Origin: Polyangia bacterium | GTDB lineage: Bacteria; Myxococcota_A; Polyangia; JAAYKL01 | Length of the DNA: 64,000 bases | Assembly (NCBI GenBank): GCA_050287845.1 | Contig: JBNKCR010000020.1 | Span: 1-64,000 of the forward strand | Direction of reading: 5' to 3' | Part shown: in pieces, positions 30,102 through 41,097 of the stretch | Position numbering within the stretch: the first letter of the stretch is position 1 | Layout: each line of letters begins with the position of its first letter | Made by a program: the position numbers and the translations under genes | Notes under the pieces: model-generated | What the model saw: only the letters and a program-made list of their open reading frames with translations | The model's database searches: none | What the model was told of the DNA's origin: nothing

Positions 30102-30305
30102 TCATTTCAGTTCGAATTGCTTGCAGAAGAGGATGTGCTTCGGGCCGGTTTCCGCGATGTAGGCGGTCTCCAGGTGCATATCATTCGGGTATTCGTGCAG
30201 GCATTGATCCCGCGGTGGGTCGAAATACATGCAGTGTTCACAGGTGAACCGGAAATTGAATTTTTCTCGCTGTTCAACAAATCTGGCGTCAAAGGCAACT
30301 TTCAT
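30102..30305 (-). CDS. 67-aa Cys-rich hypothetical protein, probably metal-binding
   Basis: CEHC-x9-C...C; ATGA overlap with the upstream methyltransferase stop. Confidence 0.7.
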   Translation of the reverse strand: MKVAFDARFVEQREKFNFRFTCEHCMYFDPPRDQCLHEYPNDMHLETAYIAETGPKHILFCKQFELK

Positions 30306-31549
30306 TTTTGCCGCTTTCGGAGTCTGGTTGCCACTTCAACGTGAGTGGTCTGGGGAAACATATCGAAGCCGGTCATTTCTTCCACTTCATACCCGCCATC
30401 AGTCAGATACGCGAGGTCGCGCTTCAGGGTGCCGGGGTTACAGGAAACGTAAATAATCATCTCGTGGTGATTCCGGGCCAGTTCCCGGGCCAACACCTTG
30501 GCCCCGGTTCTCGGCGGATCCAGTAGCACGAGAGGGGTGCCGCGGCCCTCCCGTCGGTACGCAGCCAGTGCATCATCGCAGATGATTCGGACTGTGGGTG
30601 TGTCACTGAAATTGGTTTTCGCCACATCGCATGCGGTGCTGTCCAGTTCCACCAGCGTAATTCCGGACAGGCGATGGCGGCAATCGTAAGAAAAATTGCC
30701 TGCCCCGGCATAGAGTTCCAGCATTCGGTCAGAGCCGCTCTCCAGAATCCATCGGGAAACCGTGTCAACCAGCTTTTGGTTGATATGGGCGTTGGCCTGG
30801 CCAAAGCTGCCAACGGGCAGTTTCATTTCATTTCCACCCGCCGTTGAGATGGTCATGGTGGATGCGCCGGCAACCGGTGACACAATGCCATTCCAATGGA
30901 GAATGATCCCTTTCACCGTCTCCGGAACTGCCGACCGGGCTTTTTCGAAGAAAATCGGATCCGGCGTCAAATCGGTTTCCACCTGCACAAAGACCCCTTC
31001 GTTTCCGGTGGCGATGCGCAGAGTGGCGCTTTTCAGACCCTGTAACATGCCATTTTTCAAAGGCGACAACACCGCATTGATGCGGTCGTCCAGAATGGGA
31101 CATTCAGAGATGTCCACCACCCGGTGGGCTTTTTTTTCGTAGAACCCCAATGCGATGGTGTTGTTCTTTCGCCGGTGCACGTGAAGACGTGCCAGACGTC
31201 GGTAGCCCAGCGGCGGGCCGGCGGTAACCAGGGGAATGGATACCGGTGAAAATAGCCTGGAGAGCGTCTGTTCTTTGGATATTCGCTGAAGTGCTTCATC
31301 TGCGTGCAGCATTGAACAGCCGCCGCACCGGTCGAAAACAGGACACGGAACGTTCCTTCGGTGGGGGGATGGCGTAAGAATACGGCACAATTCTGTAACC
31401 GTTTCTTTTTTGTTTTTCTGGACCACTTCCGCTTCCACAACATCTCCCGGAATAGCGCCCGGCACATAGTAAAACTGCCTGTCCGTTATGGATACGCCAT
31501 CCCCCTGAGGCGCCAGTGAATTGATTTTCAATTGTAATAATTCTGTCAT
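30302..31549 (-). CDS. rlmD: RlmD/TrmA-family RNA m5U methyltransferase with TRAM domain
   Basis: CPVFDRCGGC, FGQAN, ELYAGAG, LDPPRTG, YVSCNP, DMFPQTTHVE. Confidence 0.85.
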   Translation of the reverse strand: MTELLQLKINSLAPQGDGVSITDRQFYYVPGAIPGDVVEAEVVQKNKKETVTELCRILTPSPHRRNVPCPVFDRCGGCSMLHADEALQRISKEQTLSRLFSPVSIPLVTAGPPLGYRRLARLHVHRRKNNTIALGFYEKKAHRVVDISECPILDDRINAVLSPLKNGMLQGLKSATLRIATGNEGVFVQVETDLTPDPIFFEKARSAVPETVKGIILHWNGIVSPVAGASTMTISTAGGNEMKLPVGSFGQANAHINQKLVDTVSRWILESGSDRMLELYAGAGNFSYDCRHRLSGITLVELDSTACDVAKTNFSDTPTVRIICDDALAAYRREGRGTPLVLLDPPRTGAKVLARELARNHHEMIIYVSCNPGTLKRDLAYLTDGGYEVEEMTGFDMFPQTTHVEVATRLRKRQK

Positions 31550-31664
31550 GCCCTTGCTCAAAGCAGTGATTCCGTTGTATTGAACTGTTGTATTGAAATT
31601 CATTACCGGATTTCGGGTGATGAAATGTTGAAATAATTTACACCCCCAAAGGGTTTATCACGTA

Positions 31665-32609
31665 ATGAAAAAAAAACAGAGTTCACAATCTAAAAGTATT
31701 CAAAAACGCAGTAAGTCAGATGTGCCTGCAGCATCGCGGCGACCGTCTGTAACTTCCTATGATCCGTTGGATGCGTTTCTGAATGAAATCAAGCAGTATC
31801 CGCTGTTGGATCCGGATCAGGAAAAAGAACTGGCTGAAACCTATCAGAAAACCGGTGATGTTTCCATGGCGGCTACGCTGGTCACTTCCAACCTGCGCCT
31901 GGTGGTGAAAATTGCATTTGAATACCGACGGGCGTATCGGAATATCATGGACCTGATTCAGGAAGGCAATGTCGGCCTGATGCACGCTGTGAAAAAATTC
32001 GATCCGGCCCAGGGGGTGAAGCTTTCCTCCTATGCGGCCTGGTGGATTCGCGCGTATATACTGCGGTTCGTGTTGAGCAACTGGCGGCTGGTGAAACTGG
32101 GCACTACCCAGGCACAGCGAAAACTCTTTTTCAATCTCAACAAGGAGCGCCAGCGCCTCACTGCCATGGGAATCGAACCCACAACGGATATGCTGGCGGA
32201 GCGGTTGCATGTGAAACCGAAAGAAATCACTGAAATGGAGCGTCGGATGCAATCGGAGGACGTGTCTCTCGACGTTGAAATCGGAGATGCCACCGGACGT
32301 ATGGTAACCCGGGGCGAGTTGTTGCCATCCGGTGATGAATTGCAGGATGAGTCTCTTTCCTCGGCGATTTTTAATGACGACCTGGCGTTTCATCTGCAGA
32401 ATTTCGGGAAAAATCTGACTGGCAAGGAAGCGGTAGTGTTTCAGGACCGACTGATCAGCGATTCGCCCAAGACGCTGCAGGAAATCGGTGATGAGTTTTC
32501 GGTCAGCCGGGAACGGATTCGCCAGATTGAAAAACGGGTGATGAGTGACCTCAGAGACTACCTCGAAAATCAGATGGACGGCTATTTCAACGCCGAAGCA
32601 GAGGTATGA
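31665..32609 (+). CDS. rpoH: Sigma-32 (RpoH) family RNA polymerase sigma factor
   Basis: NLRLVV, DLIQEGNVGL, RpoH box QRKLFFNL, SRERIRQIE. Confidence 0.88.
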   Translation: MKKKQSSQSKSIQKRSKSDVPAASRRPSVTSYDPLDAFLNEIKQYPLLDPDQEKELAETYQKTGDVSMAATLVTSNLRLVVKIAFEYRRAYRNIMDLIQEGNVGLMHAVKKFDPAQGVKLSSYAAWWIRAYILRFVLSNWRLVKLGTTQAQRKLFFNLNKERQRLTAMGIEPTTDMLAERLHVKPKEITEMERRMQSEDVSLDVEIGDATGRMVTRGELLPSGDELQDESLSSAIFNDDLAFHLQNFGKNLTGKEAVVFQDRLISDSPKTLQEIGDEFSVSRERIRQIEKRVMSDLRDYLENQMDGYFNAEAEV

Positions 32610-33448
32610 CCGGCACCCTGTATGTGGTCGCCACCCCCATCGGAAATCTTTCCGATATCACTTTCCGGGCCGTCGAGACCCTCAGAACAGCGGATCTCAT
32701 CGCAGCGGAGGATACCCGTGTCACCCGGAAGCTGCTCAGTCGATTTGATATTTCCACCCCATTGGTAAGCTACCGCGAGCAGAACGCCGAAAAGGTGGTT
32801 CCCGACCTTATCCGTCGATTGCTGTCCGATGAACACGTGGCAATGGTATCTGATGCGGGGACGCCTTCCATTTCGGACCCGGGCAGCGAACTGGTTGCTG
32901 CGGCTTTTGATGCGCAGATTCGGGTATCGCCCATTCCCGGGCCTTCCGCCATGGGCGCTGCTATTTCAGCGAGTGCGCTGAAAGGTGAAGGGGTTCGATT
33001 TCTGGGGTTTTTACCGCGAAAGGGAAAGGATCGCCGGGAACGCATTCAGACAATTGCCCACGATCCATCCTGCACGGTGCTGTATGAATCTCCCCATCGA
33101 CTGAAAGAAACCCTGAAAGATCTGTTTGCGGAATGCGGCAAACGGGAGGCCGTTGTTTTCAGAGAATTGACCAAGGTTCATGAAGAAATTCAGCGGGGCA
33201 CTCTGGCGCAGCTGATGCAACATTTTGCCGGCGAAATTCGCGGTGAGATTACCCTGATGATCGAAGGCAACCTTTCCACTGCAACCGGAGAAATGGATGA
33301 CGAGTCGCTGTCTCTGTTGATTCAGGAACAGCTCGATTTGGGTCGAAGCGCCAGAGATGTGGCTGCAGCGCTTTCCGCGGCGCTGGGTATCCGGAAGAAA
33401 ACGATTTACGATTTGGCCGTATCGCTGGTGCGACAGAAGAGAGAATGA
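32606..33448 (+). CDS. rsmI: 16S rRNA (C1402 2'-O)-methyltransferase
   Basis: LYVVATPIGNL, AAEDTR, SDAGTPSISDPG, YESPHR, RELTKVHEE. Confidence 0.95.
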   Translation: MTGTLYVVATPIGNLSDITFRAVETLRTADLIAAEDTRVTRKLLSRFDISTPLVSYREQNAEKVVPDLIRRLLSDEHVAMVSDAGTPSISDPGSELVAAAFDAQIRVSPIPGPSAMGAAISASALKGEGVRFLGFLPRKGKDRRERIQTIAHDPSCTVLYESPHRLKETLKDLFAECGKREAVVFRELTKVHEEIQRGTLAQLMQHFAGEIRGEITLMIEGNLSTATGEMDDESLSLLIQEQLDLGRSARDVAAALSAALGIRKKTIYDLAVSLVRQKRE

Positions 33449-33455
33449 GAAATGC

Positions 33456-33974
33456 TTATTTTTTTCTTTTGACTTCGAGGATGTCTGCAATGAGTTTTCG
33501 AATGGCGGCATTGTCGGATTCCCGGGACGCAGCCATTTTCGCATGCAGTTCAGCCTGCATAATACTTCCACTGGCCAGACACTCCACGGCTCTGATGTAG
33601 AATGTGCGCGCATCTTTGGAGCGGATGGTCTGCTCCGGGGTTCTGGGCACCATCGACATTCTCAAATCGGTGGAGAATCGGGTTTTGCCGTTGGCGAGCT
33701 GTGAATCGTACAGTTGTCTTTTGTCCGGATCGCTCAATACGCGATAGGCTTCATTCAGTCGCTTGAAAATGTCGTAGATCGCCAGATGCAGCTGACTGGG
33801 TGCATTTCGGTGCCGATCGGGATGAAACTTTCGGGTGATTTTCAGAAAAGCGCTGCGTATCTGTTTTTCATCGGCGTCGGGAGCCACACCGAGAAGGCGG
33901 TAGTAATCCAGCCGCGGCAACACCTGGTGAATCTTGATGACATAGTCATCGAATGCGGGATCCCTATTTGGCAT
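33456..33974 (-). CDS. J-domain protein with TPR-like C-terminus
   Basis: DYYRLLGV...FHPD...LNEAYRVLSDP; start overlaps the Hsp70 stop. Confidence 0.88.
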   Translation of the reverse strand: MPNRDPAFDDYVIKIHQVLPRLDYYRLLGVAPDADEKQIRSAFLKITRKFHPDRHRNAPSQLHLAIYDIFKRLNEAYRVLSDPDKRQLYDSQLANGKTRFSTDLRMSMVPRTPEQTIRSKDARTFYIRAVECLASGSIMQAELHAKMAASRESDNAAIRKLIADILEVKRKK

Positions 33975-36966
33975 TTGCTGAATATTTTTCTACCAGGGCC
34001 TGCACCTGGTCGTCCGCCAACCCACCGGAAAGTTTAATCTGAGTGGACTGGGTTTCCCTTGTTTCTTCATTCAAGGCGCGCACATTCAATATGCCGTCGG
34101 TGTCTACTTCAAACGTTACCATGATGGAAATTTCTCCACGAGGTGCAGCTCTGAGGTTGGTTAATTCGATTCGACCGAGTTGTGTGTTTTCTTCTGTGCG
34201 ACGACTTTCGCCCTGGTACACATCAATGAACACCTCGGTCTGATTGTCTCTGGAAGTGGCGAAATGCCGGGACTGTTCAATCGGTATGGCTGCATTTCGC
34301 TCAATGATAATATCGCAGTATCCCCCGGCGGTCGCAATGCCGAGTCCCCTGGGGCTTACATCCAGCAACACCGCCGGTATGGCTCTGGTAATCGGAACGG
34401 TGAATTCGCCATGGGTCTTTGTTTCGGCTTCCCGTCCATCATCTCCAACCACTTCATCCAATGGATGATAGGGATGATAGCTGGGCATTTTCGGCGGGCT
34501 GGTCATCTCCTCGGATATTTCAGGCTCAATCGTTGGCGGAATGGAAGTGCGCGAAAACAGGGGCTGTGCGTTCTGAGACTCAAAAGATTTCTGGGCGCCT
34601 GTCTGCGGTCGAGCGGGTCGCGTACCCTGCATTGGTGTGTGCCCCGGGGTGGAGCGGTCAGTGGGAATGACTGGCGGTGCGGCCATGGGCGGTGCCGCCG
34701 ATATTTCTTCTTCTGCGCCGATTTCATCCAAATCGATGTCGTCCAGCGCATCCGTATCTCCATTCCATTCCGCTGATGTGCTGCTGCCAATGCCGATTCG
34801 GGCAGCGGTGGTGACAAAGGGGGTTGTGGGATTTGCTCTGGGTCTGTTTTTTACTGGCGCCACAATAATGGGAGAAACCGCCGATTGTGTTCCCTTCGTT
34901 TCCCGTCGTCCGGGTAAATCCGCTTTTTCCCGGCGTCCCGGCAAATCGGCAGTGCCCACGGTCACGGGCAAATCGGTTTCACCCGGGGCGGCGGGCAGAT
35001 CCGCTTCTCCAACCGCAGCGGGCAAATCCATTTCGCCAACCGTGGTGGGTAAATCGATTTGGTCGCTGCGGAGCGCGGCAGGCAAATCCACATCGCCAAC
35101 CGGAACGGGCAGGTCAAAATCTTCTCTGATGGTGGGCAGATCGAGATTTTCAGTGTCGACATCGACAGGAACGGGTAAATCCATATCGTCATCAGTGCCT
35201 ACGGGAACGGGTAAATCCAGGTCGGAGGCCAGAGGAATTGTGCGGCCACTGTCCACCATCTCCGAAACGGGAATCGGCAGATCCGGATCGTCGGCCATGG
35301 ACGGGTGTTTCTGTCCATGGATGGCCGATGTATCATTCCCGCCAGTTTTGCCCTTCTGAACCCCGGTCGACCCCCACAAATCGAGTTCGTTGTCCGCTTC
35401 GACATTACGCGATGGCGGATGTCTGTCACTCCGCTGCTCAGAATCCAGCGGCAACCCGGGTAAATCAATATTCTCCCGTGACCGCTCCGAACCAGGCACG
35501 CCGGCAATGGTCTGCCTGCTCCGGTTGCTCTGCAATCTGGCGCTTTCGCTCTGGCCAGCGGCCCTCGCCGCGCCGATGCCAATCATGGTTCGTTTCTGGC
35601 TGAGCTCGATTTTGCCAATCGTGCGTGGTGGTTTGGACGAAATGGGTCCGGGTCCCTTTTTATCCGCAAACGGGTCCTGGATATCGGCCAGTGGCGAACG
35701 TTGTGAAGAGAAAGGATCGGGGGCTTCTGTGCTGCTTGCGGGCGCCTTTGCCTCCGGTGGACTGGAAGCAAACGGATCGACTTTGACGTTGGCCCTTTTT
35801 CTGGGTTGAATATCGGGAGACAGTGCTTCCTGGGTCAGACTGAAGGCGTTGATTGCGGCGCCGATGGCCACTACTTCGTCGGGATTGATTTGGGTCCTGG
35901 GCGTGCGGCCGAAAAACTCTTCCACCTGCCTGCGAACCAGAGGAATTCGGGTACTGCCACCGACCAGCACCACGTTGTCCAGATCAGAGGGCTTCAATTT
36001 TGCCAGTTCCAGTGCTTCTTCGCAGGTGGCCAGCGTGCGTTCCACCAGAGAGCCTCCCAATTGCTCAAAGCGGTCCCGGGTAACGGTGAACGAAAAATCG
36101 ATTTTTTTACCCCCCCTGCCGGTAACCAGTTCTCTCAGGGTGGCGTTGACTTCTTTTATGCTGGACAACTGGCATTTGGCCCGCTCCGCCACTGAACGGA
36201 TTCTCTGCATGGCCACCGGGTTATCTTCAATGCCGAACCCGAACTGCTTTTTAAACTGATTGACCATATCATAGGTGATTTTTTCATCAAAATCGTCCCC
36301 ACCGAGAAAGTTGTCTCCGGCCGTGGACAGCACTTCGAAAATGTCGTCGAGCAGTTCGATGATGGTGATGTCAAATGTTCCCCCACCGAAGTCGTAGACC
36401 GCTATGCGTTCCTCCCGTTCACCACCGAATCCATAGGCCAGCGCTGCTGCCGTGGGCTCGTTGAGGATGCGCAACACGTTGAATCCGGCTATCCGCCCGG
36501 CTATCTTGGTGGACGCCCGCTGGACATCCGTAAAATTCGCCGGAACGGTGATGATGGCTTCATTGATGGGGACGCCAAAAGTTTCTTCGCACATTTCTCT
36601 GAGATATCGGAGCATCAATGCGCTGACTTCCGGCAGCGTGGCCTCCTTGTTCCGGGTCTGAAGTACCGGGATGCCGTTGCGTTCAACAACGTTGTACGGC
36701 ATGTGAGAGATCAGCTTCTGGATTTCCGGCGCCTTGATGTCCTGCCCCAGAAGACGTTTGAACGAATAAATGGTATTTTCAGGATCGATGGCCAACCGGT
36801 CTTTGGCCCGTGGACCCGCGAGAACATCGCCAGAGGGATGAAAGCAGATGACGGAGGGGTGAATGCGATCACCATACACGCTTTCCACAATTTTGGCCTG
36901 GTCACCCTGAACGATGGCGACACAGGAGTTCGTTGTTCCAAGGTCAATTCCTACCGCAACACCCAT
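33964..36966 (-). CDS. Atypical Hsp70 family protein with a large low-complexity insertion and truncated lid
   Basis: GIDLGTTNS, TVPANF, NEPTAAALAYG, DFGGGTFD, LVGGSTRIP, NPDEVVA; SBD motifs DNQT and VYQGE after a ~490-aa insert. Confidence 0.9.
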   Translation of the reverse strand: MGVAVGIDLGTTNSCVAIVQGDQAKIVESVYGDRIHPSVICFHPSGDVLAGPRAKDRLAIDPENTIYSFKRLLGQDIKAPEIQKLISHMPYNVVERNGIPVLQTRNKEATLPEVSALMLRYLREMCEETFGVPINEAIITVPANFTDVQRASTKIAGRIAGFNVLRILNEPTAAALAYGFGGEREERIAVYDFGGGTFDITIIELLDDIFEVLSTAGDNFLGGDDFDEKITYDMVNQFKKQFGFGIEDNPVAMQRIRSVAERAKCQLSSIKEVNATLRELVTGRGGKKIDFSFTVTRDRFEQLGGSLVERTLATCEEALELAKLKPSDLDNVVLVGGSTRIPLVRRQVEEFFGRTPRTQINPDEVVAIGAAINAFSLTQEALSPDIQPRKRANVKVDPFASSPPEAKAPASSTEAPDPFSSQRSPLADIQDPFADKKGPGPISSKPPRTIGKIELSQKRTMIGIGAARAAGQSESARLQSNRSRQTIAGVPGSERSRENIDLPGLPLDSEQRSDRHPPSRNVEADNELDLWGSTGVQKGKTGGNDTSAIHGQKHPSMADDPDLPIPVSEMVDSGRTIPLASDLDLPVPVGTDDDMDLPVPVDVDTENLDLPTIREDFDLPVPVGDVDLPAALRSDQIDLPTTVGEMDLPAAVGEADLPAAPGETDLPVTVGTADLPGRREKADLPGRRETKGTQSAVSPIIVAPVKNRPRANPTTPFVTTAARIGIGSSTSAEWNGDTDALDDIDLDEIGAEEEISAAPPMAAPPVIPTDRSTPGHTPMQGTRPARPQTGAQKSFESQNAQPLFSRTSIPPTIEPEISEEMTSPPKMPSYHPYHPLDEVVGDDGREAETKTHGEFTVPITRAIPAVLLDVSPRGLGIATAGGYCDIIIERNAAIPIEQSRHFATSRDNQTEVFIDVYQGESRRTEENTQLGRIELTNLRAAPRGEISIMVTFEVDTDGILNVRALNEETRETQSTQIKLSGGLADDQVQALVEKYSANAK
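34900..35290 (-). repeat. Coding DLP-motif repeats, distal units with a 9-aa (27-nt) period
   Basis: GEMDLPAAV GEADLPAAP GETDLPVTV GTADLPGRR EKADLPGRR and upstream DLPVPV units; boundaries approximate. Confidence 0.8.
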
Positions 36967-37157
36967 AGGGGCCTCCCATTGAATCAGGAAAGATTCAGGT
37001 CTTTCAGATTTCAGCGTTCCAGGCTCATGCAATTCCGGGTGAATATTGCATGAGCGCTTCGTCGTGCCGAATCAAACGATGTCAGCGTTTTTGCTGCACA
37101 CTCAACTTCCCGTTGATTCGTCCTGGTGATTCACCAAACAATATTGTAACCTGTCAC

Positions 37158-39776
37158 TTATTCTGATGCACCATCAGACGGTTCATCCGTGCTCTCCGCT
37201 GCCTCCGCTGCAACACCGCCTTCGTCAGGCGAATCATCGGATGGCGTTGGGGTAGTTTCACTGATGGGGTCGGAAGAAGCAGGTGCCCCTTCCTCGCTCT
37301 CCGGTTTATCATCGTCTTCGGCGAGCCTCTCCACACAAATCACATATTCATCTTCATTCATGCGAATGAGGCGCACTCCCTGGGTATTTCGTCCCAATGT
37401 GGAAATAGTGCCCGCCTCCATTCGAATAATTTTTCCCACATTGGTTATCAACATGAGATGCTCGTCTTCATGAACGGGTAAAACGGCCACAACTTTACCG
37501 GTCTTCTCAGATCTTTTCACCGTCAGCAGACCGGAGCCGCCGCGGTTCTGCAACCGATATTCATCGAACCGGGTTCGTTTTCCATATCCATTGGCGGTAA
37601 TTGTCAGCAATTGCTCTTCTGTATCGGGTCTGACCACCGCCATGCCCACCACTTCGTCATCCTCTCCATCCGGTCGGCGCACTTCGATACCCCGCACCCC
37701 ACGGCTGGACCGACCCATGGGGCGAATCTGGGTATCGCCTTCAAAGCGAATGGATTGGCCTTCACGGGTGCTCAGCATCACGTGCTCTCCTGCGTTGAGA
37801 ATGGCGGCGCCGATGAGGGAATCGCCTTCATCAATCACCACCCCGATGATGCCGGTCTGGCGGATTTGTGAATATGCCATGAGATCGGTTTTCTTCACAT
37901 ATCCCCTGCGAGTGCCTGTGATGACAAAACTGTTCTCCGTGAACTCGCGAACGGGAAGGACGGCAGCCACCTTTTCACCGGGATCCATTCCCACGAAGTT
38001 AACGATGGCTTTTCCCCGGGATGTGCGTCCCCCCTGTGGAATCTGATAGATTTTTTTGCAGTAGACCTTCCCCTTATCGCTGAAAATCAGCACATTGGCG
38101 TGGGTCGATGCAATGAACAGGTTGCCCACGAAATCGTCATCCCGGGTATCCATACCGGCAAGCCCCTTGCCCCCGCGGTGCTGGGCCCGATACTCGGAGG
38201 TCTGGGTCCGTTTGATGTAGCCGAGACTGGTGACCGTTACCACCATATCTTCCTCTTCGATGAGGTCTTCCATTTCAATGTCCGAATAGTCATCGATGAT
38301 ATCGGTTCGTCTCGGGGTGGCGAAATTGGCTTTCACTTCTTCGAGTTCACTGACAATCAGCGCAATTAACTTGTCGCGATTCGAGAGCAATTCCTCCAGC
38401 CGGGCGATGGTGATTCGCAGCTGTTCCATCTCCTCGAGTATTTTTTCCCGCTCCAGACCGGTCAGTCGCTGGAGGCGCATGGAGAGGATTTCCCTGGCCT
38501 GGACCTCGGTCAGTTCGAACTGGTTCATCAGGCCAATGCGCGCTTCCTCGGGATCCCGGGAACGTCGGATAAGCTCAACAACGGCGTCGATGTTATCCAG
38601 CGCGATTTTCAACCCTTCCAGAATGTGCAGTCGTGCGGCGGCCTTGGTCAGTTCGAACATACAGCGACGCCGGACCACTTCTTCGCGGAAATCGAGAAAT
38701 GCCCGGATGAGGCCTTTGAGGGAGAACGTGTTGGGACGTCCGTTGTGAATCGCCAGCGTATTGATGCCGAACGATGTCTGCATCGGGGTCAGCTTGAACA
38801 GCTGATTCTCAATGATCTGAGCCGATGCATCCCGTTTGGCTTCAATGACAATCCGCATTCCTCTTCGATCGGATTCATCGCGCAACGCGGCGATTCCTTC
38901 AATCCGCTTTTCTTTTACCAGCTCGGCGATTTTTTCCACAAGGCGCGCTTTGTTCACCTGATATGGCAATTCATAGACGATGAGCTGTTCCCGGCCACTG
39001 CTTTTCAGTTCTTCAATCCGGGTTTTCGCGCGAATAATGATGGAGCCGCGACCGGTGGTGAACCCTTTATAAATGCCGCCACGACCGCAGATGGTGCCGC
39101 CGGTGGGAAAATCCGGTCCCGGAACAACGGCCATCAGCTCTTCCACGGAGGCGTTCGGATTGTTGGCCATGATGATGACGGCATCAATGACTTCACCCAG
39201 ATTGTGGGGGGGAATATTGGTGGCCATTCCCACTGCGATACCGCTGGAACCGTTCACCAGCAGGTTGGGAAATCCGGCGGGCAGCAGGGTGGGTTCCTTG
39301 AGAGATCCATCGTAGTTGTCGGTGAAATTCACCGTGTTCTTCTCGATGTCCTTCAGAAGTTCACTGGTGAGTTTGGCCATGCGGACTTCGGTGTACCTCA
39401 TGGCTGCGGCCGGGTCGCCGTCAATGGAACCGAAGTTCCCCTGTCCATCGACCAGCATCTCCCGCATGGAAAAATCCTGCGCCATCCGAACCAGAGTGTC
39501 GTACACGGCTGAATCCCCATGGGGATGGTATTTACCGATAACGTCGCCCACCACGCGTGCGGATTTTTTATACGAGGCGTTCCAGGTGTTTTTGAGGTCG
39601 TGCATGGCAAACAGAATGCGTCGGTGTACGGGTTTGAGACCGTCACGGACGTCGGGAAGCGCCCGGCCGATGATTACGCTCATGGCGTAATCGAGGTAGG
39701 CATTCTTCATTTCTGTTTCTACACTGGTGTTGATAATGTTGGATTGTGTACTGTTATTCTTTTCGTCTGTTGTCAT
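37158..39776 (-). CDS. gyrA: DNA gyrase subunit A
   Basis: [32 protein letters not shown], GyrA-box QHRGGKG, acidic tail. Confidence 0.97.
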   Translation of the reverse strand: MTTDEKNNSTQSNIINTSVETEMKNAYLDYAMSVIIGRALPDVRDGLKPVHRRILFAMHDLKNTWNASYKKSARVVGDVIGKYHPHGDSAVYDTLVRMAQDFSMREMLVDGQGNFGSIDGDPAAAMRYTEVRMAKLTSELLKDIEKNTVNFTDNYDGSLKEPTLLPAGFPNLLVNGSSGIAVGMATNIPPHNLGEVIDAVIIMANNPNASVEELMAVVPGPDFPTGGTICGRGGIYKGFTTGRGSIIIRAKTRIEELKSSGREQLIVYELPYQVNKARLVEKIAELVKEKRIEGIAALRDESDRRGMRIVIEAKRDASAQIIENQLFKLTPMQTSFGINTLAIHNGRPNTFSLKGLIRAFLDFREEVVRRRCMFELTKAAARLHILEGLKIALDNIDAVVELIRRSRDPEEARIGLMNQFELTEVQAREILSMRLQRLTGLEREKILEEMEQLRITIARLEELLSNRDKLIALIVSELEEVKANFATPRRTDIIDDYSDIEMEDLIEEEDMVVTVTSLGYIKRTQTSEYRAQHRGGKGLAGMDTRDDDFVGNLFIASTHANVLIFSDKGKVYCKKIYQIPQGGRTSRGKAIVNFVGMDPGEKVAAVLPVREFTENSFVITGTRRGYVKKTDLMAYSQIRQTGIIGVVIDEGDSLIGAAILNAGEHVMLSTREGQSIRFEGDTQIRPMGRSSRGVRGIEVRRPDGEDDEVVGMAVVRPDTEEQLLTITANGYGKRTRFDEYRLQNRGGSGLLTVKRSEKTGKVVAVLPVHEDEHLMLITNVGKIIRMEAGTISTLGRNTQGVRLIRMNEDEYVICVERLAEDDDKPESEEGAPASSDPISETTPTPSDDSPDEGGVAAEAAESTDEPSDGASE

Positions 39777-40076
39777 AATACGTTTCTTAAATGAATTCGG
39801 CAGTTACAGTTCAGTAGACGTACAGTACCGTTTCGGCGATGATAGTCAACAGGATTTGCTGTCAGATGAATGTAACTGTAAAAGGAAAACAGCGGTCTTT
39901 ACTTTCAGAATGTCAACATGGTTGACGCTGATGAGAGAACAATGTTGTCTTTTTTTTGAAACAGAAAAGGGAACTCGGAAAAAAATCGGGTAAATTGGCT
40001 CCAATGTAAAGGCGGGAAATAAAGGCATGATTTTTGAATGCCGGTTGAACTGCCAGATAATTGTGAAGGAGACCTC

Positions 40077-40436
40077 ATGTCTGGAATGATTAAATTGTCG
40101 GTTATGGCCACTGTGGTGGTCGCCCTTTTTCTCGGGTGTAACTCATCGCCCACCGTACCGGTGCCCCCACCCAATGCGACGTTGATTCAGACATCCATAC
40201 CGGATGATTCCGGATTCGTCACCGTGATTGGAGAACCCGATGCCCGTTTCGGGCTCGACGATGTGGCGTTGGTGTTCAACGACAATTCCGGCGGCGGTGT
40301 GATGACGGACGTCAAACAGGACGGGGCGTTCGAGACCCGAATCATGGCCCAGGTGAACGATCTGCTCATCATTCAGATTAAACGGGATAGCCAGCTGTCC
40401 AGCCCCGTGGAGAAGACCGTTGCGCCGACTCCCTGA
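40077..40436 (+). CDS. Hypothetical lipoprotein
   Basis: FLGC lipobox; AAGGAG RBS. Confidence 0.7.
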   Translation: MSGMIKLSVMATVVVALFLGCNSSPTVPVPPPNATLIQTSIPDDSGFVTVIGEPDARFGLDDVALVFNDNSGGGVMTDVKQDGAFETRIMAQVNDLLIIQIKRDSQLSSPVEKTVAPTP

Positions 40437-40447
40437 ATGGAACAGTT

Positions 40448-40993
40448 ATGTTTGAATGCGATGAAAACCTGTTCCTGCTGCTCAATCATTTCTTTGATAC
40501 ATCTTTTTTTACCTGGCTTTTCAAGTACGTCACCCGGCTGGGCAATGGGTGGACCCAGATATTTCTGTTGACGCCGCTACTGTTTTTCTTCAGCCGGGAA
40601 AAATTCCGGGGGCATTTTATTGCCATTGTGCTCACCGGGCTGACCAGCGGCATGGTGATCACAGTCACCAAGGTGGCTGTGGACCGGCCAAGGCCCCCGG
40701 AGGTCTTTGCCGAGCGGGGAGAACACATCCATATTCCCGGTCGGGTGCCAGTGAGTCGCTCATTTCCATCGGGACATACCCAGACGGCATTTGCCACCGC
40801 CGGGTATCTCAGCTTTCTCTATCCGGTTCTGGCGCCGATGCTGCTTGCATTGGCGGCGCTTGTCGGATTGTCGCGCATTGCGCTTGGGGTGCATTTCCCC
40901 CTTGATGTGCTGGCCGGCGCCCTGATTGGATTCAGTTTTGCGGTGATGGGGTTTCGCCTGAATATGGCGCGACTTCGGCGGCGAGCCGGTTGA
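40448..40993 (+). CDS. PAP2 family membrane phosphatase
   Basis: K...DRPRP, SFPSGH, SRIALGVHFPLDV. Confidence 0.93.
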   Translation: MFECDENLFLLLNHFFDTSFFTWLFKYVTRLGNGWTQIFLLTPLLFFFSREKFRGHFIAIVLTGLTSGMVITVTKVAVDRPRPPEVFAERGEHIHIPGRVPVSRSFPSGHTQTAFATAGYLSFLYPVLAPMLLALAALVGLSRIALGVHFPLDVLAGALIGFSFAVMGFRLNMARLRRRAG

Positions 40994-41097
40994 GAACCTG
41001 CCCATTCCCTGTCGACCGGGAGTATCTCTTTACGGGAAAGTCTGCCGGGAACCATTAATTATTCCGTTTTACCGGCGTCTGAAAGACAGGGGAATGA

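Noticed and set aside
31620..31660. Sigma-32 promoter upstream of rpoH (TTGAAA...CCCC)
   Set aside because: The spacing between the boxes is too short for the consensus.
39911..39927. GTCAAC-atg-GTTGAC as back-to-back -35 boxes
   Set aside because: No acceptable -10 at 16-18 nt on either strand.
40023..40038. Sigma-54-like AGGCATGATTTTTGAA before the 40077 lipoprotein
   Set aside because: It has GA instead of the conserved GC at -12; too weak to call.
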